DNA of 64,000 nt from an uncultured Phycisphaerales bacterium (GCA_963758525.1 CAVWVQ010000003.1:4352001-4416000), one strand, 5' to 3'. Numbered from the stretch's first letter, positions 22,875-33,719 are shown. Program-made: numbers and translations. Notes: generated by a model not told the origin, from the sequence alone.

Positions 22875-23155
22875 GAAGCCCGGGGAGAAGTCAGGAGCAA
22901 GAAGCCAGAAGTAAGAAGCAGGAATTGCAAATTGAGGATTGCAAATTGCAAAATTGAAGGGCGGCAATTTGAGATTTGAGATATTTGAGATTTGAAATAT
23001 TTGAGTCCTGGTGACCCAAAGGAGTAAGAACCATAAGGAGACAAAAAAGCCCCGTCCCCCAAAATTTGCATTTTGCAATCCTCAATTTGCATTTTGCAAT
23101 TCCCTCTTCTGACTCCTGGCTTCTGGCTCCTGGCTTCTGACTCCCTACTTCTCCA
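22875..23155. repeat. Compound inverted-repeat hairpin between imuB and dnaE2
   Basis: AGAAGCC-like and TTGCAAA-like heptamers on the left are mirrored by TTTGCAA/GGCTTCT units on the right; GAGATTT units lie in the loop. Confidence 0.9.
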
Positions 23156-23159
23156 AAAA

Positions 23160-26100
23160 ATGCCCGAAGCTCCCAACCCCAAACTTCGCGAAGCTCCGCC
23201 GCCAGCATTGAAATCGGTGGCTCCCTCCTCCTGCGCCTATGCGGAGCTGGACGTCAAAACCAACTTCTCTTTTCTCCGCGGCGCTTCGCATGCCGACGAA
23301 CTGGTCTATCGTGCCGCGGAGCTGGGATATCGCGCGATCGGCATCACCGACATCAACTCTCTCGCCGGTGTCGTTCGTGCCCATGACGCGGCCAAGGAAG
23401 TCGGCCTGAAGCTTCTCGTCGGCTCCCGCCTCACGTTTTCCGACGCTCCCGACCTGCTCGTCTGGGCCAGCAATCGCGCGGGATACGCCAGGCTTTGCAG
23501 AATGCTAACCCTGGGAAAACGCCGGACCGAAAAAGGAGAATGCGATTTAAGGCTGGAGGATTTTTTGAATGATAATGAGGGGTTGGTGGCGGCCGTGGAG
23601 GGGGATCAAAGAGAGGCACGAAGGGAAGGAAGGAAGCAGGAGTCAGGAGCCAGAAGCCAGAAGTCAGAAGAGGAAACCGAAGATTGCAAATTGAGGATTG
23701 CAAATTGCAAATTGCAAATTGAAGAACACCTCCTCTCCCCTTCCTCCCCCTTCGTGCCGCAGCAAGGTCCCGCGCGCGCGGGATGCCTTCGTGCCTCCGT
23801 GCCTGCATTAATTTCCCTCCGCTCCTCCCTCGGCTCGCGTCTCTCGCTGATTGCCGCCTGCTCTTATGGCTCGGACGATTCCTCACATCTGCGCCGGTTG
23901 GCGGAGCTGTCGCGCCAATGCCATATTCCTCTTCTGGCGACCAATGCGGTTCACTATCACGACCCGTCCCGCCGGCGGCTGCAGGACGTGCTCACGTGCG
24001 TTCGCCATGGCTGCACCATCGACGAAGCGGGCTTTCGTCTGTTTCCAAACGGCGAACGCTATCTCAAATCGCCGCTGCAGATGCATCGGCTCTTTGCCGA
24101 CTATCCGCAGGCGCTGCGGCGGGGGATCGAGATTGCCGAGCAATGCGACTTTCAACTCGATTCGCTACGCTATGAATATCCCGACGAACTGGTTCCGGCC
24201 GGGAAATCTCCCATCGAACATCTGGGCAATCTCGCCTGGGCCGGGGCGGCTGAGCACTATCCAGCCGGCATTCCTCAAAAAGTGCGCGATCTGCTCAACC
24301 ACGAGCTGACGCTGATCGCACAACTCAAATTCGAAGCCTATTTTCTCACCGTCCATGATCTGGTGTGCTACGCGCGATCGCGCGGCATCCTCTGTCAGGG
24401 GCGCGGATCGGCCGCCAATTCCGCGGTCTGTTTCTGCATCGGGGTCACGTCGGTCAACCCTGTCGAAGTCGATTTGCTTTTCGAGCGGTTTATCAGTGCC
24501 GCCCGCAATGAGCCGCCGGACATTGACATCGATTTCGAACACGAGCGCCGCGAGGAGGTGATTCAATACATCTACGAAAAGTATGGCCGCGAGCGCGCCG
24601 GGATGACCGCCGAGGTAATCACCTATCGCGGTCGCTCCGCGGTCCGCGACGTGGGCAAAGCGATGGGCCTCACGCTTGACATGGTCGACACGATGGCCTC
24701 GAAGCTCGACTGGTGGCATCGCGGCGTGCTGAGCGAGCCGCAACTGCAGGAGTGCGGCCTGGACCCCGCGGATCGGACGATTCGTCGAGTCATTGCGCTT
24801 GCCACCGAGTTGCTGGGTTTTCCCCGCCACTTGAGCCAGCACGTCGGAGGGATGGTGATGACGCGCGGACCGTTGTGCGAACTGGTGCCGATTGAAAATG
24901 CGAGCATGCCGGATCGAACTGTCATTGAGTGGGATAAGAATGACATTGACTCGCTGGGGATTTTGAAAGTTGATGTGCTGGCGTTGGGAATGCTGACGTG
25001 TATTTCGAAGGCGCTTAAGTTGATCAGTTGGACAAATGTCAGAGACGAAGGGACAAAGGGACAAAGGGACGAAGGGGCGGAGGGGGGAAGGGACGAAGGG
25101 ACAGAGGGACGAAGGGACAAAGGGGCGGAGGGGGGAAGGGACGAAGGGACAGAGGGACGAAGAGACAAAGGGGAATGTGGGGAGGGGGATAAAGAGGCGA
25201 TATCTGATGCACAAAGTCAATACGTTTCGGGATCTGGTTGCTTGGCAACGAGGGATGGAACTGGCGCAAACGACGTATTCAGTGATCCTGAGGATGCCAC
25301 AAGCGGAGAGGTTTCGTCTTTTCAACCAGATGTGGCGGGCCGCGTACTCGATCCCGTCCAACATCGCGGAGGGATACGCCCGACAATCCCGCCCGGATTA
25401 TTTGAAGTTTCTGCGGATTGCTCGCGGTTCACTGGCAGAGCTGTCTACTCAAGTCGAATTAGCAATCAATCTTCGAATTATTACTCCGTGTGCACAACTG
25501 CAGAACCTGGAGAATCTGCTGATGGAGGAGGATCGAATTCTACAGGCGCTGATTATGAGCCTCCAACGCAAAACGCGACAGGAAGAGCAAATGAGGGGAG
25601 GGGCAAAGGGACAAAGGGACTAAGGGACGGAGGGACAGAGGGTAAGGCAAATCCCTCCGCCCCTTTGTCCCTGTGTCCCTCTGTCCCTTCGTCCCTCCCT
25701 TCCTCTGCCCCTTCGTCCCTTCTCCCTCCCTTGTCCCTCTCCTCCTTCCGTCCCACCGATCCCGCTGTCTACCAAATGATGTCGAATGCCGACACGGTCG
25801 GCGTTTTCCAGATTGAGAGCCGGGCGCAGATGTCCATGCTGCCGCGGCTGCGACCCAACTGCTTTTACGATCTCGTGATCGAAGTCGCGATCGTGCGCCC
25901 AGGCCCAATTCAGGGAAACATGGTTCACCCCTATTTGCGACGCCGTTGCGGCGAAGAAAAAGTCACATTCCCCAATGAAAAACTGCGCGAAGTGTTGAGC
26001 AAAACCCTCGGGGTTCCGCTTTTTCAGGAACAGGCGATGCGCATTGCAATGGTCGCGGCGGGTTTTACCGCCGACGAGGCGGACAAGTTGCCGCGCCATG

Positions 26101-27468
26101 GCAGCATGGCGTCGGACCAGCGCGCTGGAGGCATTTCATCAGAAAATCGTCCAAGGCATGCTTGCCAATGGGTACGAACAGGAATTCGCCGAACAGTGTT
26201 TCGATCAGATCAAGGGGTTCGGCGAATATGGATTTCCCGAGAGTCACGCCGCGTCGTTTGCGCTGCTGGTGTATGTCTCAGCCTGGATCAAACGTTACCA
26301 TCCCGCGGCCTTCGCGGCGGCGCTGATCAACAGCCAGCCGATGGGTTTTTATATGCCTGCACAAATCGTGCGCGATGCCAAAGAGCATGGGGTGGAAGTG
26401 CTTCCCGTGGATGTGAACCGGAGCCAATGGGATTGCACATTGGAGGGGGGAAGGGACGAAGGGACAGAGGGACATAGGGACGAAGGGACGAAGGGACAAA
26501 GGGACAAAGAGGTAGAGGGACAAAGGGACGAAGGGACAGAGGGACATAGGGACAAATGTGCAGAGGGAACAGATGGAGGGATGAAAGGACAAAGTGCGAA
26601 GATGACATGGGGGGCCGGGGGACCAGTATTGCGATTGGGGTTCCGTCTCATCAAGGGATTTCGCGAAACGCATGCACAACAGATTGCCGAAGCCCGTGCA
26701 AAATGGAAATGTTTTATTTCCATCGCGCAATTGCATCGGACGACGCGGCTGCCTGTCGCATCGTTGCGCATTCTTGCTGAAGCCGATGCGTTTGGATCAT
26801 TGGGAATCACCCGCCGTGAGGCGTTGTGGGAGGTGCTGGAGTTGAAGGATGAGGAGGCAGGGTTGTTTGAAGGGGGGGAGGGAGAAGGGACAAAGGGACA
26901 GAGGGACAAAGGGACAAAGTGCAAAGACGCCATTCCCGCTGCCCCTTTGTCCCTTCGTCCCTTCGTCCCTTCGTCCCTTCTCCCTCCCCTGCCCGCTGCC
27001 CCTTTGTCCCTTTGTCCCTCAGTCCCTTCGTCCCTTCTCCCTCCCATGCCCCTCGGCCAGGAAGTCATGACCGATTACGCGACGGCCGGCCTTTCGCTCA
27101 AGCAACATCCTGTTGCGCTGTTGCGCGATGAACTGCAGCGCAGAAAGATCATTCGTTCCATAGACCTGGATCCGTTACGCAATGGGCGATGGGTTAGCGT
27201 CGCGGGATTGGTGCTGATCCGGCAGCGGCCTGGGACGGCATCAGGCATCGTCTTCGAAACCCTTGAAGACGAAACCGGCATCGTGAATCTGATTGTGAAG
27301 CCGGATATTTACGAGCGCTACCGCCGCGCCGCCCGGCATGCGGGACTGCTCCAGGCCGAGGGATATCTGCAGAAACAGGGACAGGTCGTTCACGTGGTCG
27401 CCAAACGGCTCTTCGACTTGAGCGATTTGCTGCAAGGCCACGAATTTCAGTCGCGGGATTTTCATTAG
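23160..27468 (+). CDS. dnaE2: Error-prone DNA polymerase DnaE2 (ImuC) with four insertions; apparent 2-nt frameshift near 26091
   Basis: TNFSFLRGASH PHP domain, QGRGSAANS, PPDIDIDFEHERREE, PRHLSQHVGG, KVDVLALGML, GVFQIESRAQ, YGFPESHAASFA, RQRPGTA and C-terminal SRDFH. Confidence 0.95.
25207..25623 (+). CDS. Four-helix-bundle protein (23S rRNA IVS protein/TIGR02436-like), nested in dnaE2 in the +1 frame
   Basis: FRDLVAWQRGMEL, ERFRLFNQMWRAAYSIPSNIAEGYARQS and YLKFLRIARGSLAELSTQ match the family signature; SD-like AAAGAGG at 25191-25197. Confidence 0.92.
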   Translation: MHKVNTFRDLVAWQRGMELAQTTYSVILRMPQAERFRLFNQMWRAAYSIPSNIAEGYARQSRPDYLKFLRIARGSLAELSTQVELAINLRIITPCAQLQNLENLLMEEDRILQALIMSLQRKTRQEEQMRGGAKGQRD

Positions 27469-27469
27469 A

Positions 27470-27680
27470 AGGAGAGAAACGTGAAGACGTGAAGACGTGA
27501 AACGTGAAACGTGAAACGTGAAACGTGAAACGTGAAGACGTGACAATGCGAATCCGCCCTCTCACGTTTCACGTCTTCACGTTTCAGGTCCCGTTCCACG
27601 TTCCAATCACCGGCACTGACCGCCCTCTCACGTCTTCACGTCTTCACCCCTCCCGTCACGTTCCACGTTCCAATCACCAG
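27470..27680. repeat. (ACGTGAA/ACGTGAAG)n inverted-repeat hairpin after dnaE2
   Basis: About nine ACGTGA units at 27479-27543 are followed by TTCACGT units; the right arm is duplicated. Confidence 0.9.
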
Positions 27681-27792
27681 TGCCCGTCTTTATCGCCCCC
27701 GTTGCCGGCAACTTATGTGGACTTGGGCATCTGACGATGAACCCGATACAGTCTGGTCCGGCGTGGCGTTTGCAGGCAATCTATAATTCATA

Positions 27793-28899
27793 ATGACCGC
27801 GTTCGTGGAGTCGTGTGTCGTCACCGCAGCCGATTCGGCAGCGGCGGCGGTGCGCAAGTTGCGCGGACGGCCGCATGCCAGCAAATTGCTGCGCCTTTTG
27901 GCCCACAAGAAGAACATTCTGATCACCACCCATCGGCACCCCGACCCCGATGCCCTTGCCAGCGGGGTCGCCATGATGGCGCTCCTGTCGCAGAAACTGC
28001 CCGCCAGCGTGGTCAGCATGTCGGTCAAGGGGCAGATGGCCAGCGGGCTCAATGATGCGTTTGTGCGTTACACGGACCTCAAGCTTGTGCCATGGGATGA
28101 GGCCGCGCTCCCCAATTATGACGCGATCATCCTTCTCGATACGCAGCCCGCGTTTGCCTTCAGCCCGCTGCCGGTCGGGACAACGCCGCTGGCGGTCATC
28201 GATCATCATCGCGGGCGGGGACGGCGGCCCAACGTTCCGTTCTGCGACATTCGCCCCGAAGTGGGCGCTGCGGGCTCGATCGTCTTCAGCTACTTCATGG
28301 AGCTGGAAGTTCCCATCAAACCCGATCTGGCCGCAACACTGCTGTATGGCATCGAGTCCGACCTGGCGGGCGCCGCGGGGTTTCCCGGCGAACTCGATAA
28401 CATCGCCCTCTCGAGCCTCACGCTGATCGCCGATCCGCGCAAGCTCTATCGCATGCGCTACGTCGATCTGCCGCGCAGCTACTACATCGCTTACGCAAAT
28501 GGCCTGAACCATGCCGTGGTGTATGACAACCTGCTGATCTCCCACCTCGAATCGATCGAATCGCTCGAAACCCCGGCGGTGATCGCGGACTTCCTGCTCC
28601 GGCTCGATAAAGTGGATTGGACGATGGTCAGCGCCGTTCACGATGCGAAGCTGATCGTCAGCATTCGCACCAGCAACAGCAAAATCTCCGCCGCCGACAT
28701 TGCCCGGCGGCTCGTTCGCAAAGTAGGGGAGGGCGGCGGTCATCGCGCCAAAGCCGGCGCCTACATCAATATGGACACTGCCAATCCCGCCGAGATCGAA
28801 AAGTATCGGTCGCTCCTTCGCAAAAGGTTTTTGAGGCTATTGCATACCAGCTCCACCCGGGCGCAGAAACTGGTGCCTTTGCCGGGGAAGGCCGAGTGA
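27793..28899 (+). CDS. DHH-family phosphoesterase (NrnA-like)
   Basis: HRHPDPDA, LLDT, IDHH, GIESD and GGGH motifs. Confidence 0.9.
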   Translation: MTAFVESCVVTAADSAAAAVRKLRGRPHASKLLRLLAHKKNILITTHRHPDPDALASGVAMMALLSQKLPASVVSMSVKGQMASGLNDAFVRYTDLKLVPWDEAALPNYDAIILLDTQPAFAFSPLPVGTTPLAVIDHHRGRGRRPNVPFCDIRPEVGAAGSIVFSYFMELEVPIKPDLAATLLYGIESDLAGAAGFPGELDNIALSSLTLIADPRKLYRMRYVDLPRSYYIAYANGLNHAVVYDNLLISHLESIESLETPAVIADFLLRLDKVDWTMVSAVHDAKLIVSIRTSNSKISAADIARRLVRKVGEGGGHRAKAGAYINMDTANPAEIEKYRSLLRKRFLRLLHTSSTRAQKLVPLPGKAE

Positions 28900-28928
28900 C
28901 GAAATCCGGATGAGATTGCGCAATTCGG

Positions 28929-30557
28929 CTATCCCCCCAGCGAACGCGTGACGATCTGCTGCGCCTGTTCAACGATCATCTGCAAGTGCTCCGCGCTCTG
29001 AAAGCTCTCGGCGTAGATCTTGTAAATATTTTCGGTGCCGGAGGGACGCGCGGCGAACCAGCCGGACGCCGTCGTTACCTTGAGCCCTCCGATGGACGCG
29101 TGGTTGCCAGGGGCTTGAGTGAGCTTGGCGGTGATCGTTTCTCCGGCCAATTCGATTGCGGTAACGGCTTGGGGGGTCAGCTTTTTAAACGCGGCTTTTT
29201 GTGCGGGGGTGGCTGGAGCGTCGATGCGGGTGTAGTAGGGCGTGCCGAATCGTTGGGTCAGTTCGGAGTAGTGCTGGCCTGGATCTTTGCCGGTGCGGGC
29301 GGTGATCTCGGCGGCAAGCAGATTGAGGATGATTCCGTCCTTGTCGGTGGACCAGACGGTGCCGTCGGTGCGGAGGAAGCTCGCTCCGGCGCTTTCTTCG
29401 CCGCCGAAGCAGAATCGGCCGGTGTAGAGGCCGTCGGCAAACCACTTGAAGCCGACGGGAACCTCGCAGAGCGTGCGATGCAGATCGGCAACGACGCGAT
29501 CGATCATGCTGCTGCTCACCAGCGTTTTGCCCACGGCAGCGGACGTGGGCCAGTGCGGACGATTCTGCAGGAGATACTGGATCGCAACGGCAAGGTAATG
29601 ATTGGGGTTCATCAGGCCGGCAGATGGTGTGACGATGCCATGGCGATCCGAGTCGGGATCGTTGCCGAAGGCGACCTGATAGTCGTCCTTCAGTTTCACA
29701 AGACCGGCCATCGCGTAAGGGCTTGAGCAATCCATGCGGATCTTGCCGTCGTGATCGACGGTCATGAAGGAGAACGTCGGGTCGATCTTTGAATTGACGA
29801 TCGCCAGGTCAATTCTGTAGCGGTCGCGGATCGGCCCCCAATACGTGACCGAGGCTCCGCCCAGAGGATCGACGCCCAGCTTGACGCCGGAAGAACGAAT
29901 CGCTGGCAGGTCGACGACATTCCGCAGGTCTTCAACATAAGGCGTGACAAAGTCATATCGCTCGATCGACGAGACGTCTGAAGTGCGCTTCACATCGCGA
30001 TTGGATTGCTGGAGGAGCGCGTTGGCCCGGTCCTGGACCCAATTCGTGACATCGGCGTCGGCTGGTCCGCCGTTCGGCGGGTTGTACTTGAATCCGCCAT
30101 CGGCCGGCGGATTGTGCGACGGGGTGATGATGATTCCATCCGCCAGCCCCGCGGTTTTCCCGCGGTTGTGGGTCAGTATCGCGTGTGAAATCACGGGAGT
30201 CGGCGTCGGCTCGTCGTCGCGCGCGACGCGGACACTCACGCCATTGGCCGCCAGCACTTCCAGCGCCGTTCGCTGCGCCGGCGCCGAGAGCGCGTGGGTG
30301 TCTTTCCCCATCATCACCGGGCCGTCGATTCCCCTGGATTTGCGGTATTCGCAGATTGCCTGCGAGATCGCCAGGATGTGCGCTTCGGTGAACGTGCCGT
30401 CGAGCGACGTGCCGCGATGGCCGCTGGTACCGAAGCTCACGCGCTGCGCGGGATCGGACATGTCGGGCAACGTTTGGTAATACTTTCGATCGAGCGCAGC
30501 AACGTCGATGAGAAGACTTGCGGGAGCGAGCTTACCGGCGAGAGGTGAGAGGGGCAT
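28929..30557 (-). CDS. pgm: Phosphoglucomutase
   Basis: [31 protein letters not shown] and RPSGTE motifs. Confidence 0.97.
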   Translation of the reverse strand: MPLSPLAGKLAPASLLIDVAALDRKYYQTLPDMSDPAQRVSFGTSGHRGTSLDGTFTEAHILAISQAICEYRKSRGIDGPVMMGKDTHALSAPAQRTALEVLAANGVSVRVARDDEPTPTPVISHAILTHNRGKTAGLADGIIITPSHNPPADGGFKYNPPNGGPADADVTNWVQDRANALLQQSNRDVKRTSDVSSIERYDFVTPYVEDLRNVVDLPAIRSSGVKLGVDPLGGASVTYWGPIRDRYRIDLAIVNSKIDPTFSFMTVDHDGKIRMDCSSPYAMAGLVKLKDDYQVAFGNDPDSDRHGIVTPSAGLMNPNHYLAVAIQYLLQNRPHWPTSAAVGKTLVSSSMIDRVVADLHRTLCEVPVGFKWFADGLYTGRFCFGGEESAGASFLRTDGTVWSTDKDGIILNLLAAEITARTGKDPGQHYSELTQRFGTPYYTRIDAPATPAQKAAFKKLTPQAVTAIELAGETITAKLTQAPGNHASIGGLKVTTASGWFAARPSGTENIYKIYAESFQSAEHLQMIVEQAQQIVTRSLGG

Positions 30558-30619
30558 TGAAGCTCCGGGTTCAGGTTTAAGAACTCATCGTTGGGACGTC
30601 CGCTAATTTTTCCTTTTTC

Positions 30620-30702
30620 GGTTGCCATTTTTCATTTGTCATTGGTTTTCCGCCAGACCAGAGAATGAAAAATCTAAAATCTAAAATGAAAAATGAAAAA
30701 GT
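30620..30702. repeat. AT-rich heptamer (AATGAAA/AATCTAA) inverted repeats
   Basis: TTTTTCATTTGTCATT at 30627-30642 versus AATGAAAAATCTAAAATCTAAAATGAAAAATGAAAAA at 30664-30700. Confidence 0.7.
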
Positions 30703-30743
30703 GAACAACATGTTTCGAGCCCGCAAATTCCGCGGTCTGCGAC

Positions 30744-31924
30744 TCACTTCAACCGAAGGATCGTTTCTGCAAGGCGCTCGTACTGCGACGCGCCGTTATA
30801 CACCTGACAGCACGGACGAACGTGCGCGGATCCGTTCCAATGCATCACGGGCACTTCGATCCGCTCTTCATGATACAACCGGCGCTGCATTACCGCGGCA
30901 TCGGCCACGCTCAGTTGGTCGAGCGGCGCGGGAAGACGCACCGTGCACATCGATCCCAGCAATCGGCCGTCTGGCGATGTGATCGGCTCGACGCCCCATC
31001 GTTCACACAGCATCTGCTGCACCCAAACGGCCAGTTGATGATTGTACTCGCGGACGCGGTCCCATCCGAGGCCGGCGAGGAAATCCAGAGCGGCGGGAAT
31101 CGCCAGCCAGGCGGCGACATCGCGCGTTCCCTGCCAGGAAAACTCGGCGGCAAACCCATCCCCCAGATAATGGCTGATGATCAACGGATGAATCGCGGAT
31201 TGACGATCCGGCCGAACCCATAAAAACGCGCTCCCTTTGGGGGCGCAGACCCATTTGTGCAGATTGCCGGCGTAGTACGCCGCCCCCAGCGCGCTCACTT
31301 GAAGGGGGAGCATGGCCGGCGGCATGTCGCGCCGTCGATGAGAACATCAATGCCCCGCGCAGCGCAGGCAGCGACGATTGCCTCGACGGGAAAGATCAGC
31401 GCGGTCGGCGAGGTGACATGATCGATGATGAGCAGCCGGGTCGAACGAGATAGTGCCGCGACAATGCGCCCTTCAATCTCCGCGGGAGAACGGATCGGCG
31501 TCGGAATGTCAATTTCGCGAACGACTGCCCCTGCTCGGCTGGCAACGTAGCGCATTGCCTGGCGGACCGCGTGATAAACGTGCGTCGTGGTCAGCAATTC
31601 GTCGCCGGCTCGAAGCTCGAGCGATCGAAGCACCGCGTTCACCCCTTCGGTGGCGTTGGTCACCATGCCGAAATCTTGTTCCGCCATGCCGAACGTCGCG
31701 CCGATGGCTCGCTTGACGTCGCCCAGCAAAGCCGGTGCGCTGCGATAAAGCAGCTCGATCGGCTCGGCTTCGACGCGCTCGCGCCACGCCGTGTGCGCGT
31801 CAAACACCACGCGCGGGACCGCGCCGAACGACCCGTGATTGAGAAACGTGATGCGCGGATCGAGCATCCATTGCTTCTCGATGTCCAGACCAAATGGGGA
31901 GGGTGAGTCAGCCAGGGCACGCAC
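30744..31924 (-). CDS. Class V PLP aminotransferase (isopenicillin-N epimerase/hercynylcysteine lyase-like); apparent frameshift near 31325
   Basis: FLNHGSFGA, NATEG, DHVTSPTA, IDGA, GNLHKW and WQGTRD motifs. Confidence 0.9.
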
Positions 31925-32020
31925 GACTGCAACTTATCGGCAAAGCGCGTCTGGGAAAAGACTGCCATCGCAACAGACTGCCATCGCAAAATTTATTCGC
32001 TTGAGCCGAGAACGATGAAA

Positions 32021-32737
32021 CCTACGCGACGCCCGGAGCCTGACGATGAACCGCGGCTCGCGGAACGATATCGGCCAAATCGTTGGCGATCATTCGGTCG
32101 ATCAGCTCTGTCACGCCGGCGCCGCGGCGCCGAGGGTCGTCAGATCCGCATCGGCCTTGACGGAAGCGAGCGCGTTTGCCACGGCGACCGCGATTCCGCT
32201 GAGGCGCATGAAGGCATGATCATTCTCAGCATCGCCGACGGCGACGGTTTGCGCGAGGGAGATTCCGAGTTCCTTGACTGCCGGGACCAGACCGGTCGCC
32301 TTGGTGACGCCGGCGGGCAGCACCATCACCGAGCCCTTGTTGAAGATGACGTGCCACTCCAGTCCGAGGTCGCGGATTGCATCCAGCACTGCGTGCTCAT
32401 GCGGTTCCACCGTCCCCAGGATGGAGCGGCCGACCGAGAGGGGGACGCCCTTGGCGCGCAGGGCCTCGATGAGCTTCGGCGGGGGTGATGGCGCCAGCGA
32501 TCGTGAAGCGCCGGTCGATGGCTCGTACAGAAGCGCGCCATTTTCCGCGACGATCCGGTCGAACAAATCACAGGATGGGAAGACCTCAAGCAGTTCGCTC
32601 AGCTCTCGACCGGTCACCATGATCAGCTTGCGACCCGAGCGGCGCAGCCGCTGCAGCGCGGCGATGGTTGGCGCGTCCACCCGGCCGTCATGGGCAAGGG
32701 TGCCGTCGTAGTCGGTAGCAAGAGCGTGATACTGCAT
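32021..32737 (-). CDS. HAD subfamily IIB hydrolase; apparent frameshift near 32125
   Basis: ATDYDGTL, VTGR, ENGA, GVTKATGL and GDAEND; the tail GVTELIDRM lies in another frame. Confidence 0.88.
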
Positions 32738-32750
32738 GGTCACCTTCGCT

Positions 32751-33449
32751 TCAGAGAACGCGCCAGGCAAAGGACGGACGGCGATCGTGCGGCTCGACGA
32801 TATCTTCCCACAAGCGCGCGCCGCCCGCGATCGCGTCGTCGTTTCCGCCACGGCGAACCTGTGCGGGGAGCGGATCGACCAGGTCGGCGTTACCGCCGCC
32901 CAGCAGGACATAGTCGGCGGCGAAAGCCTCCTTCAAGTTGGCTGTCGCTTCAGCGACCTCGCGCTGCCAGGCGCCGAGCCCGTTGGCGGCCAATCCCTTT
33001 TTGCCTAGTCGGTCGGCGAGCATCTGGCCCGACGCATGGCGCAGGCAGCCGAGCTCGAGGGCGATGACGACACGCTCCGCAATGAGAGTGGAGCCGAGTC
33101 CGGTTCCCACGCCGAGGAACAGCATGCGCCCTCCCTTGTATCCGCCCAGCGCCTGAAGCGCCGCGTCATTGACGACGCGAACGGAACAGTTGAACGCTCG
33201 TTCAAAATCAAAACCGACCCATCCGCGCCCGAGATTGCCGGGATCGGCTGATGGGCTTGTAGCGTAGACGAGGCCGGGATAGCCGAGCGAGATCGCCTCA
33301 AAACTCCAGCCTTGGGTGAGCCGGCGGGTTTCGCTCACGAGCATTTCGGGAGTGAGGTCGGGCCCGGATTCGAAATCCGCCCTCGCTGGCCGACCAGCGA
33401 CTGCCAGCTTGACGTGTGAGCCGCCGACATCGATCACCAGCACTTCCAT
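32751..33449 (-). CDS. ROK-family/polyphosphate glucokinase-like kinase
   Basis: VIDVGGSHVK, GYPG, VNDAALQA, GVGTGLGS and LELG motifs. Confidence 0.88.
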   Translation of the reverse strand: MEVLVIDVGGSHVKLAVAGRPARADFESGPDLTPEMLVSETRRLTQGWSFEAISLGYPGLVYATSPSADPGNLGRGWVGFDFERAFNCSVRVVNDAALQALGGYKGGRMLFLGVGTGLGSTLIAERVVIALELGCLRHASGQMLADRLGKKGLAANGLGAWQREVAEATANLKEAFAADYVLLGGGNADLVDPLPAQVRRGGNDDAIAGGARLWEDIVEPHDRRPSFAWRVL

Positions 33450-33719
33450 CGTCGGCGATGCTAAAGCTTGATGACGGGATTGAACACGGCCAAATTCAAG
33501 AGCGGACGCGGTCGTGCAGAGCACGCCTTGGAACCTGCGCACGCTCCGCCCTTGGTCAGCCGCGCGCCTTGAAGCCGAAGCGAAGGGTGTGCAGCGTCTA
33601 TGGGCATCATCAGTCAAAATTAAGAGAATCCCCGATGGCATGCGGCGACGCCGCGAGTAGGATTCTGCAAGCGTGGACGGGTCGCCAAGTCTCTTGTCAA
33701 ATTTCGCTGGAGGTTTCTC

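Noticed and set aside
22613..23208. ORFs over the imuB-dnaE2 spacer and the 23073 start for dnaE2
   Set aside because: They are translations of heptamer repeats; the ATG at 23160 is the more plausible start.
25207..25623. Diversity-generating retroelement (Avd-like protein)
   Set aside because: No reverse transcriptase and no TR/VR pair differing at adenines was seen in the window.
25040..25755. Intein or group I/II intron in dnaE2
   Set aside because: No Cys/Ser start with His-Asn end in the DnaE2 frame, no LAGLIDADG/HNH/RT ORF and no recognisable intron termini.
26044..26477. Programmed frameshift or genuine split of dnaE2
   Set aside because: The break lies at TTG-C-CGC-GCC, where a missing GC restores DKLRRAM; it has the same signature as other errors and no slippery heptamer.
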